Source: a bacterium (GTDB lineage: Bacteria; Zhuqueibacterota; QNDG01; JAFGCO01). Taken from it: a stretch of 64,000 nucleotides of DNA. This document shows, one piece after another, positions 56,901-64,000 of the stretch. The notes below the pieces were generated by a model, which worked only from the letters and a program-made list of their open reading frames with translations, searched no databases and was not told the DNA's origin. The DNA lies in the NCBI GenBank assembly GCA_016932575.1, contig JAFGCO010000065.1, positions 20,465 to 84,464 of the forward strand. The letters run 5' to 3'. Made by a program: the position numbers and the translations under genes. How positions within the stretch are numbered: position 1 is the stretch's first letter; every line of letters starts with the position of its first letter.

Positions 56901-58648
56901 ACCGCCGGATCGAATTTGATGAAGCATTGTCGCCCAATGAAATCAGCCGAATTAAAAAAGTATTAATCGGCTCAACATTCCTGAAACAATCCATTATGCT
57001 GGCGTTTGATGAAAATGATTTCGATTTATATCAAGTGCCTGAAGATGGCATCTGGATATCCAGGCTTCAATCTTCTCATTATTATCTCCTGTACCGAATG
57101 AGTGTCAACACAGAAGAAGGAAAGCACTTCGATCTTCAGCTGGTGCTTCGTGAAACGCTTCAGGAAACACAAATCAAAAAATCGGTACACTGGCTTGAGG
57201 CAGTAGCCGGTTATCCTTTCGGCCCGCCCGTACTGCCCCCCTTGGGATGTTACCGTCCGGAACTCGGTGCCAGATCAATGGTGTATCTGAATGAAATCAC
57301 GGTCTGGGGAAAAATCCGCCAGTTCTCAAGCATTCATTTTACCGGAGGTCCCTTTACCAAACCTGAAACATGGCGCAAACTGTTTGTTACCGCTCTGTCT
57401 GTTTTTTACCGCGGCTGGCACAACAGTGGCAATAAAATCGTACCGGGATCTGTATCGCCTACCAATGTGGTAGTACCGGAACTGGATTTTCGCGAAAGTG
57501 CAAAAATATTGTCACTGGTCGGATGGAAAGAATATAAAAATACGCTGTCATTAATCCAGCCAATGCTGCGTAATTTTTACGCCAAGACAATTGCCAATTT
57601 CCCAAGGATCAGGGCGGAGCTGAATGTTATTTGGATCTTTGATGCCTGTATCGAAGCGCTTGGTTCTGAAATGGCTTTTCAGTTTTTGAATCAACTGAAA
57701 ACGGATCTCATGCACGAGACACTGCATAATTACCCTCAACCGGAATTTATGGATTTACTCTCAGAATACATTGAAAACCATCGAAATAAATATTATTTGA
57801 CCCTCCCGCTTATCAATGCCATTGAACGGTATCATAATTGGAAAGCTTTAAATCCGATGGCCACCCAAATTGCCTGTGAGCAAACAGTGATCGAAGTGTA
57901 CCATTTGTATCGTCTCGACCGGTTTCATGAAATTGCACGGTATGTTCTGTACAGGCATACATATTTTTCACAAGCCGATCATGAGGCATCAAAGGCATTC
58001 GATGATCTGATCAATGCCATGTCGGTCCAGCAGAAAAAACCTGCCATTCAATTTCTGGAGTTATCCAATTTTCAATCGACATTAACCGACAGTGATGACC
58101 GAAATATATTCAGCAGAATGGTATTCCCCCAATATCAGCATCGTAAGGAACTGGAGGTGTTAAAATTTGGCGAGAGTGAAAGCGAGCATGTGATAGTGCA
58201 TACTACCATTACAGACAAATATAACAATCAATATACCATCCGTCCCCCGGTCGCACCTGCAGAAATTGGTCAGTTGTACCGTTTGTTTTTCAATCAAAAT
58301 TTCCCCAAAGAGATTTCTGAACAGGATAAGCATTTTGTTGTTCTGAATGCGCAGGAACGGGTCATTGCAGGAATCAGCTATCAGCTTCAGGAAAACAATG
58401 TAGCTGAAATTCAGGGGATTGTTGTATCATCTCCGTTAAAGGAGCGGGGACTCGGCACCGCCATTCTCGAAGATTTTTGCAACAGAATGGCCAGTGAAGA
58501 TATTCATGTGATCAAGGCCCATTTCTTTCTCCAGCCATTTTATGAAAAATTTGGATTCCGGGTGGATAAAAGCTGGGGGGCTCTTGTCAAATTTCTCACG
58601 CCTGAAAAAATCATGGATAGTGCTATAGAAAACGAAATCGGCGGTTAA
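53966..58648 (+). CDS. Large multidomain protein: an AMP-forming acyl/aryl-adenylating enzyme (ANL superfamily), ~780 aa of unknown sequence, and a C-terminal GNAT acyltransferase.
   Basis: ANL motifs 'MFTSGSTGKPKGVCFS', 'GFGLTEATGGITM', 'YWLTTGDLF', 'VDRIKDIYKNNKGQTIAPRKVE', 'LTPKGTFNRKII'. The C-terminal GNAT reads 'IQGIVVSSPLKERGLGTAILEDFCNRM'. Confidence 0.7.
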   Translation: MDVQMSHPDQLKNMTTLLTDWKNANFQNKGPKELSQRILSIMEETIQSNQEPPFPRKLWHDLLDITGKSGFLQSLPDRDLQYRWAEAVFNIIRISQFTLNDMFNQRVKNHPQRILFNEINGQESTTWTYEQIHRHILEIAAVFYSSVDQSPRVAILSENSVESACCDLACLMYDILNTPLNVYLDSEVLIDIFNRLNINIVVTDTCEKCKMLQDISGKCRQPFKIFVTDVMCRENENIHFIGKYCKKIHIKEANKILSNRKHRDLSQVATVMFTSGSTGKPKGVCFSIYNLVTKRFARAAALPEVGDNEIFLCYLPLYHTFGRFLELLGSIYWGGTYTFLGNPSAETLIAQFPEINPTGFISIPLRWSQLYEKCIEKIDPIPGDQLQEVAIRSVIGNRLRWGLSAAGYLDPKIFRFFQRHGIKICSGFGLTEATGGITMTPTDKYLDNSHGIPMPGAYIRLGRQNEMQVRGPYIARYLDDVGADGYIPYPGSPDSDYWLTTGDLFQVSSEGYYEIVDRIKDIYKNNKGQTIAPRKVEKKFIDVPGVKRAFLVGDSHPYNVLFIVPNLKDPVLQVSETPEQQREYFHQIVATANQDLAPYERIVNFTVLDRDFKIDKKELTPKGTFNRKIIVENFAGKIAELYRSNYIELKSRDIQIKIPRWFFRDLGILEDEIQLASKGLMNKRTGEILHISKQRDSNHIKIGNLEYVIKGKTIDLGVFSRQPRLWIGNPALVSFCPIKMGWDAPFDTISDHVFRPWNVETQPPSVNIRETARISDLFLLQLHRLISEMIFYHSEVALQSLHHLEKILKTANDRTADVIRHRLETLARHPDEQLRCLAYKILLLDEPQMDYSKAFPAFINSGLSFLNKETIEEIAFSLVEKRRLDALRQRLFNYRLQLEWPVDEATRKQFINIFQLLVSFVEYHPEFYNSVRAELASWTLHGSDPELAKAANKSFIKLFTDFEAALEENTSKYSKYDWNRRIEFDEALSPNEISRIKKVLIGSTFLKQSIMLAFDENDFDLYQVPEDGIWISRLQSSHYYLLYRMSVNTEEGKHFDLQLVLRETLQETQIKKSVHWLEAVAGYPFGPPVLPPLGCYRPELGARSMVYLNEITVWGKIRQFSSIHFTGGPFTKPETWRKLFVTALSVFYRGWHNSGNKIVPGSVSPTNVVVPELDFRESAKILSLVGWKEYKNTLSLIQPMLRNFYAKTIANFPRIRAELNVIWIFDACIEALGSEMAFQFLNQLKTDLMHETLHNYPQPEFMDLLSEYIENHRNKYYLTLPLINAIERYHNWKALNPMATQIACEQTVIEVYHLYRLDRFHEIARYVLYRHTYFSQADHEASKAFDDLINAMSVQQKKPAIQFLELSNFQSTLTDSDDRNIFSRMVFPQYQHRKELEVLKFGESESEHVIVHTTITDKYNNQYTIRPPVAPAEIGQLYRLFFNQNFPKEISEQDKHFVVLNAQERVIAGISYQLQENNVAEIQGIVVSSPLKERGLGTAILEDFCNRMASEDIHVIKAHFFLQPFYEKFGFRVDKSWGALVKFLTPEKIMDSAIENEIGG

Positions 58649-58656
58649 AAAAGTGG

Positions 58657-59919
58657 TTAATGATACCTGGAAACGTTCAGATACTCCGAGGAAAGTGCAT
58701 AAAAATGTTTGATTTTGGTATACAGGACTGTCTCTCCATACCCCTCAACCTCTATAAGCATTTCGAAATAAGCAGGAACAGGGCCATGCATCGCTGTTAT
58801 GTCTTCCCTTAATTTATTAAGCAATAGTGGTTCAACGAGAAATTTTAAAACTTCTATTCGGCTGATCTGGTGAAATGAAACGATAAATAAAAACACATTA
58901 TTCTGCGGTCCGGGTACAAGAGAAACAATAACATAATCTCTCACATAGTGACTTGCATTTGAACTCGGGTGCACATATGTATAGGTTGTATCAATCGTAT
59001 GATTATAAAAACGAATCTGCCGAAAAGAATCTCTTGGAACATTTTCAGTATATTTAGAAAAATATAATGAAGGAAAAAATTCTTTCATATGATTTAGATG
59101 ATAAAAATGTCCGATATATACAATATTATATTTTTTCAGGTCTTCCCATTGAATCTGGTTAGAGGTTTTCCAGGTCAATGGTTTATCATTCAGCGTAAAT
59201 ATCGGCTGAATGGCCGACAGATATTGCAAACTTGACTTGGAAAGTATATCCCAGGAGGGTTGTTGATAATTGTCAGGATTCAGGGAATGCCGATCGATAA
59301 AATTCTCAAGATCATCAACAGATTCTATTTGATCATCACGAACCAGCCTGTAACTGTTTAAATCTGCGCAATACTCATTAAATGCGAACAAACTCCCAAA
59401 TGCAAGTATGGTCGAAATATCATCATTTAAAAAATTACTCCAGATAAAACTGGCTTCACGGATGGGACTCTGGGCCATCGTTTTATTTCTCGATGCCTGA
59501 TTTCGATACCACTGAAGAATGATAATAGAAATTAAAATAATGATAATCAACAGATATACAGTTTTCAATAAATTCGCTTTTTGCCTGCCTTCTTTTGATT
59601 TGGACTCAAATACAACATGATAGTGCCCCTTGGGAATTGTTAATTTAATTTTATCATTTTTCCCGTCTTTATGATAATACTCTTCTAATTTTTTTCTCAG
59701 TTTATAGATATGAACACGCACAAGCGTATCTTCAAAAGGATCAAAGGTATGATCTTTTCCCAAGACCTCAGTCGCGATTTCAATCTCACTGGCAACCACC
59801 CCTTTTAAAGAACATTGAACCAGGTACATAAGCAGCTTTTTGTAAATCTCACTTTTTGCAAAAAGGGGATTCGCCAAAACGCTCTTCAGAAAATTCAGTT
59901 GTGCTTTACTTTTAATCAT
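58657..59919 (-). CDS. ToxR/CadC-like membrane-anchored transcriptional regulator: an N-terminal OmpR/PhoB-type winged helix, one TM segment and a ~280-aa periplasmic domain.
   Basis: 'EIATEVLGKDHTFDPFEDTLVRVHIYKLRKKLE' is the classic trans_reg_C wing. TM 'LLKTVYLLIIIILISIIILQWY'. There is no receiver domain. Confidence 0.55.
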   Translation of the reverse strand: MIKSKAQLNFLKSVLANPLFAKSEIYKKLLMYLVQCSLKGVVASEIEIATEVLGKDHTFDPFEDTLVRVHIYKLRKKLEEYYHKDGKNDKIKLTIPKGHYHVVFESKSKEGRQKANLLKTVYLLIIIILISIIILQWYRNQASRNKTMAQSPIREASFIWSNFLNDDISTILAFGSLFAFNEYCADLNSYRLVRDDQIESVDDLENFIDRHSLNPDNYQQPSWDILSKSSLQYLSAIQPIFTLNDKPLTWKTSNQIQWEDLKKYNIVYIGHFYHLNHMKEFFPSLYFSKYTENVPRDSFRQIRFYNHTIDTTYTYVHPSSNASHYVRDYVIVSLVPGPQNNVFLFIVSFHQISRIEVLKFLVEPLLLNKLREDITAMHGPVPAYFEMLIEVEGYGETVLYTKIKHFYALSSEYLNVSRYH

Positions 59920-60389
59920 TGGGGAATAAAAATCTTCTGATTCATTGAAGAATATCTTTTATATATGAATGTAACATTCGAACCATTGATCAATAAAATC
60001 CAAATAACAATTTTTAATATAAAATTGATTCACCATGAAATCAAGATAATATTATTTACAATTCCATAATCATCGGTTTGAGATGATTTTTCATAAATCC
60101 ATTCTTTTGACACCAACACGACTGTATCTGAATTTATTTAAAATATCCGGAGTTATCGTACTTACATATTCAGCTCAAATTATCACCATTCATCTTTGAA
60201 AGTAACTATGGATACATGGGCATTCGGATGAACGACTTAAAATGCCCCCCGCCGCATGACTGTTTCAATGGCGTTCACAATCATTTAATTTGTTAACCAT
60301 ACGTGAATTCACATTGATTCACTTGTTTTTTATGCAATAAAACATTATTTATATACCGGTTTTTTCAATGAAAATTTTGAGAGATCATC
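59920..60389. promoter_or_regulatory. 470-bp divergent regulatory region. It contains the perfect 10-bp palindrome GTGAATTCAC (~60303..60312) followed by a TTCAC half-site.
   Basis: Palindrome read directly: 'acGTGAATTCACattgaTTCACttg'. Confidence 0.3.
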
Positions 60390-61223
60390 ATGAAGGAACA
60401 GTGTATTGGAGTTATCGTCCCGGAGTTAAGGCACCCGTTTTTTGCGGCCACATTGGACGGCATTCATGACGCAGCCTTCAATGAAGGGTTTGCTGTTTGC
60501 GTTGGACAATCCAAGGAAGACTATCAGCGGGAAAAAGAAGAAATAAAATTCTTATTGTCCTTTGGTATTGATGGATTGCTTGTCTCGATATCTCAAAAGA
60601 CAGAAAATCATGATCATTTCAATCATGTATTGAAACAATCAATCCCCCTCGTTTTTTTCGATCGGGTATGCCCGGATATCAATGCCAGTCGGGTTGTCGT
60701 GGATGATTTTGATGGTGCATACAAAGCAACCGAGCATCTGATATTATCCGGTTATAAACATATTGCTCATATCGGAGGGCCTCAATTTATTTCAAATATG
60801 AAAAAACGCCTGGAAGGATACAAAGCCGCGCTTGAAAAATACGGCATGACGTTTCAGCCGGATCTGGTTGTCTTTGGCAATCTGGATGAGGATTCCGGCA
60901 TCCTTGGCATGAAAATGCTCCTCCAACTCCCCCAAAAACCGGATGCTGTATTTGCGGTCAATGATCCCGTGGCTATCGGCGCCTTGTTTCAAATTAAAAA
61001 AACCGGCTTGAAAATTCACGATGACATTGCTATGGTCGGTTTCAGTGATAATCAGGTCGCTGCATTAATTGAACCACCGTTAACAACTGTAGCTCAACCT
61101 CGATATGAAATAGGGCAAGTATCCGCCAAATTACTAATCGATCAAATAAATAATAAAAATGCAAACGCTTTGCCGATCGAAAAAACATTAAAAACCAAAT
61201 TAATTATCCGAAAAACAAGTTAG
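60390..61223 (+). CDS. LacI-family sugar-binding (periplasmic-binding-protein-fold) domain protein lacking the N-terminal HTH. It is either a truncated regulator or a stand-alone ligand-binding module.
   Basis: 'IGVIVPELRHPFFAATLDGIHDAAFNEGFAVCV...' is the LacI/PurR core. There is an in-frame stop 4 codons upstream of the ATG and no HTH-like coding in the upstream 180 bp. No signal peptide. Confidence 0.55.
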   Translation: MKEQCIGVIVPELRHPFFAATLDGIHDAAFNEGFAVCVGQSKEDYQREKEEIKFLLSFGIDGLLVSISQKTENHDHFNHVLKQSIPLVFFDRVCPDINASRVVVDDFDGAYKATEHLILSGYKHIAHIGGPQFISNMKKRLEGYKAALEKYGMTFQPDLVVFGNLDEDSGILGMKMLLQLPQKPDAVFAVNDPVAIGALFQIKKTGLKIHDDIAMVGFSDNQVAALIEPPLTTVAQPRYEIGQVSAKLLIDQINNKNANALPIEKTLKTKLIIRKTS

Positions 61224-61381
61224 CCTACAAGGGAATCACTTGAAACAGGTTTAAAAATCTCCAACATACTTATCATATATAAACACAAGTGTTAATAAAG
61301 GGTACTCACTAATCATGCCAATTAACCAAAGCTGACAATATAAGGCACAACACAGCATCAATACGATTGGAGGAATCATCG

Positions 61382-62662
61382 ATGCTCAATATTCAAAGGC
61401 TCAATTCCATATTTAAAGAAATCTACGCAGCTGACAACGGCAGTCTGAAAACCCAGTTTCAGAGATATGAAAATTTAATTGTAAGTTTCAAGAATCGGTT
61501 CAGTGAACAGGACATCCATCTTTTTAGTACGCCCGGAAGAACGGAAATCGGCGGAAATCATACGGATCATAATCAGGGGCAGGTTCTGGCAGCGAGTATT
61601 CATCTCGACTCTGTGGCCGCGGCTGCCAAGAATAACTCCAATCAAATTGTGATTTATTCGGAAGGATATCAAGAGCCGTTTATCATTGAATTGAGCCATC
61701 TGGAAGTCGTTGAGAAGGAGAAAGTAACAACCTCTGCCCTTATACGGGGAATCGCCGCCCGTATGAAACAACTGGGATATAATATTGGCGGATTCCATGC
61801 ATGCATCACCAGTTCTGTTCTGCCCGGTTCCGGCCTGAGTTCTTCAGCATCGATTGAAATTCTCATCGGGTCAATCATGAATGCACTTTTCAATGAGAAT
61901 AAAATAACCCCGGAAATACTGGCAGTGATTTGTCAATATGCAGAGAATATTTACTTTGGCAAACCCTGTGGACTGATGGACCAGATGACCTGTGCCGTCG
62001 GAGGCATCATTCGTATTGATTTTAAAAATCCTGAACAGTCGGTCGTACAAAAAGTGGATTTTAAACTTGATGATTATCATTACAGTCTGCTCGTTGTCAA
62101 TACAGGCGGAAATCATGCAGATCTCACTGATGAATATGCAGCGATCCCATCTGAAATGAAAACGGTCGCACATGCGTTTGATGCCGAAGTGATGCGGGAT
62201 GTTCCGACAGATCGGTTTTTCAATAAAATACCTGAACTGAGAAAGCAGGCCGGTGATCGGGCCGTGCTCAGAGCATTCCATTTTTTGCATGAGCATGAAC
62301 GTGTCTCCCATCAGGTGAAAGCCCTGGAAGAAAAAAATTTCCAGAAATTCATCTGTCTCATCCGGGATTCAGGAAATTCCTCCTATAAATGGCTGCAAAA
62401 TATATATGCATCCAGCCATGTGCGGGAGCAGGGCGTTTCTTTGGCTCTTGCACTCACTGAAAATTATCTGAATAAAATACAGACAGGTGCCTGCCGCATT
62501 CACGGCGGCGGATTCTCTGGTACCATCCAGGTCTTTATGCCTAAGGCATCGGTCTCGGAGTATTCAGCGCAAATTCGATCTATTTTCGGAGAAGAAAGCG
62601 TGAGCGTTCTCAGTATTCGTCCTTGCGGAACGCTTTACCTGAACCCGTATTTGGAAGAATGA
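61382..62662 (+). CDS. Galactokinase-family GHMP kinase.
   Basis: GGAGG ribosome-binding site (the track start is a TTG). 'PGRTEIGGNHTDHNQGQVLAASI' corresponds to the GalK 'GRVNLIGEHTDY' signature. GHMP motif 'PGSGLSSSASIEI'. Confidence 0.65.
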   Translation: MLNIQRLNSIFKEIYAADNGSLKTQFQRYENLIVSFKNRFSEQDIHLFSTPGRTEIGGNHTDHNQGQVLAASIHLDSVAAAAKNNSNQIVIYSEGYQEPFIIELSHLEVVEKEKVTTSALIRGIAARMKQLGYNIGGFHACITSSVLPGSGLSSSASIEILIGSIMNALFNENKITPEILAVICQYAENIYFGKPCGLMDQMTCAVGGIIRIDFKNPEQSVVQKVDFKLDDYHYSLLVVNTGGNHADLTDEYAAIPSEMKTVAHAFDAEVMRDVPTDRFFNKIPELRKQAGDRAVLRAFHFLHEHERVSHQVKALEEKNFQKFICLIRDSGNSSYKWLQNIYASSHVREQGVSLALALTENYLNKIQTGACRIHGGGFSGTIQVFMPKASVSEYSAQIRSIFGEESVSVLSIRPCGTLYLNPYLEE

Positions 62663-62667
62663 ACCGA

Positions 62668-63099
62668 TTAAAATGTTTCTTCTCTGACCACTGTATCTTC
62701 GGCCACCACAATCAGCCCGGTGATCTTTTCGGGATATAATTCACAGTAGTACAGGAAATTGCCGGTCGAATCAAACCGTACGGAAAATTCTCCGCCGGGT
62801 TCTAAAGAATCCACCGAAAAATAATCTTTCGGATTCTCCGGAATGCCGCTGACAATAGAATGCATGACAGTGTCTTCATTTATCCAGACAACAGACATCC
62901 CCCTAGCGATAGTCATACTTTTTGGAACCAGCTCACCACCCGGCATTATCCGCACATCATTTTCAGTGGAATACAGCGGTTTGGGCCGGGAGCATCCGAT
63001 AAAATAAATAATTACCAGAGCAGACAGGATAATAAATAATTGTTGAAATTGCTTCATCATAATACCATCCTCCTTGTTCAATAAAAAATAAACAAGCAA
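62668..63099 (-). CDS. Cupredoxin-like lipoprotein with non-canonical metal ligands.
   Basis: Lipobox 'YFIGC|SRP'. 'VMHSIVS' and 'YYCELYPEKITGLIVV' resemble the plastocyanin 'H…YxCxPHxxxGMxGxIxV' motif, but the second His and the Met are replaced. Confidence 0.4.
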   Translation of the reverse strand: MLVYFLLNKEDGIMMKQFQQLFIILSALVIIYFIGCSRPKPLYSTENDVRIMPGGELVPKSMTIARGMSVVWINEDTVMHSIVSGIPENPKDYFSVDSLEPGGEFSVRFDSTGNFLYYCELYPEKITGLIVVAEDTVVREETF

Positions 63100-63106
63100 T
63101 TATAAT

Positions 63107-63793
63107 TCATATAAATGATTCTGCGTTCTGAATCACCTGGGTGGACAAATCAACGAGCACCCTGGAAGCTTCCCAATGAATTTGATTAATCCACTGACAG
63201 GATATCTGAATATGATCTGTTTTCAGAAAATGATGATTTTTTAAAATAAAATACTTCAGCATCCAGTGATCCGTATTTATAATAAAATCTTCGAGTATGC
63301 CAACATCATCCGTGGTACTGAACACATGATATCCGATAATTTCTTCAGTGCTTCGAAGCGGATAATTTTCCACATTATCCAGCATCTCTTCCGGTGTTTC
63401 TCGATTCATATCTGATGAAAACCTTGGGGGCGATGTCACTCCCGGTACTGGAATAAAATTTCCCGCCCGTTGCAGTGGCCATCCAAAATGATTGGAAATT
63501 CTCAACCTCTCCTGTGCTGATATCGGAAGATGCTTCCACACATCCGGGCCGGTTTCAAATTGATTCTTTTCAATATTCAATAAAATATTTTTTTTAGTAT
63601 CATCGATATACTGAATCGATTCCGGAGAGACAAGACGCATATTTCCCGGCAGCCAATGAGTTGTATCAATTACGAAATACTGAATATAATAAAAAGTCTC
63701 ATCAAAAAGCACACTTGAAATATATCCACTGAAATGCCCATCCTCTGTAAAAAATGCATATTTTTCAAGGGCCCGGGCAGATAAATCCTGCAT
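63107..63793 (-). CDS. Tandem PRC-barrel domain protein.
   Basis: Two ~90-aa repeats of the form 'Y.V.D..g.LG.v.d...d....lkyfvi' (e.g. 'IGYHVFSTTDDVGILEDFIINTDHWMLKYFIL'). Confidence 0.4.
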   Translation of the reverse strand: MQDLSARALEKYAFFTEDGHFSGYISSVLFDETFYYIQYFVIDTTHWLPGNMRLVSPESIQYIDDTKKNILLNIEKNQFETGPDVWKHLPISAQERLRISNHFGWPLQRAGNFIPVPGVTSPPRFSSDMNRETPEEMLDNVENYPLRSTEEIIGYHVFSTTDDVGILEDFIINTDHWMLKYFILKNHHFLKTDHIQISCQWINQIHWEASRVLVDLSTQVIQNAESFI

Positions 63794-64000
63794 ATTATAC
63801 TCCCATTTGTTTGTATAATTGAAGAACAGAAATCCGCTTCACACACAAAAGCATAACATTTTCAGATAATAACAGAAAACAAAACACGAGTAGACGCATC
63901 CGGGACCAAAAAAGCAGGACAGTCAGTCATATGAGTGCCAACTGGTTTTCAGTTGCCGTGGTCATTTTGAATCCACTTTTCAATATCGTGCTTTTCAAGT

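Noticed and set aside
59955-59985. A 'GGTTCGAATG' T-loop-like string on the minus strand in the 59920..60389 spacer. It was checked as a possible tRNA.
   Set aside because: The flanking sequence cannot form T-stem, acceptor or anticodon arms. I found no tRNA-like cloverleaf anywhere in the intergenic regions.
60390-61223. Simple frameshift pseudogene explanation for the HTH-less LacI-like gene.
   Set aside because: The three upstream frames across 60200..60389 encode nothing resembling a LacI headpiece, and an in-frame stop lies 4 codons upstream. A single-indel frameshift therefore does not restore an HTH. The gene is kept as a CDS with a truncation flag rather than called a pseudogene.

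Overview
This 64-kb window is low-GC bacterial chromosome. It has no rRNA or tRNA genes, no CRISPR array, and no transposase or integrase. Two giant proteins carry C-terminal type A T9SS sorting domains. Many genes have Shine-Dalgarno-like AGGAGG/GGAGG sites and some use GTG/TTG starts. Together these point to a T9SS-bearing member of the Fibrobacteres–Chlorobi–Bacteroidetes superphylum outside classical Bacteroidia.

Housekeeping genes are easy to recognise: an aldo/keto reductase, transketolase, a PpiD-like parvulin chaperone, an SPFH/prohibitin protein, a HI0933-family flavoprotein, glucose-6-phosphate isomerase, a PflX-like radical-SAM enzyme, a DinG exonuclease-helicase, IMP dehydrogenase, ribosomal protein S20, dUTPase, citrate synthase and a galactokinase-like GHMP kinase.

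The accessory content is the interesting part.

1. A ~20-kb minus-strand super-operon (3988..24352) holds two tandem paralogous cassettes. Each encodes a TPR/CsgG-like lipoprotein, a giant secreted protein (2128 and 2521 aa) and a dedicated beta-barrel outer-membrane protein. Each giant protein has an LVIVD beta-propeller, three or four [ASH-Ig + LamG] modules, a conserved pre-CTD module and a type A T9SS C-terminal domain. A third, smaller CsgG-like/TPR paralog leads the operon. A GWxTD-domain gene is divergent from it.

2. A translationally coupled signalling operon (40046..45484) encodes two proteins that share an N-terminal module, one with a degenerate HD-GYP-like domain where HD has become HN. 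A PAS sensor histidine kinase follows, with no response regulator nearby.

3. A 1560-aa protein fuses an AMP-forming adenylation domain, about 780 residues of unknown sequence and a C-terminal GNAT domain.

4. A secreted pair (34213..36960) comprises a protein with lytic-transglycosylase-like motifs and a beta-propeller-like protein carrying tandem FIMAH-like helical modules.

5. A ytfI/ytfJ (DUF2953–GerW) pair sits next to dut.

6. A ToxR-like membrane-anchored winged-helix regulator is divergent from a LacI-type protein that lacks the DNA-binding helix-turn-helix, followed by a GHMP kinase.

All calls rest on motif recognition by eye and on ORF-start and ribosome-binding-site inspection. No database searches were run.
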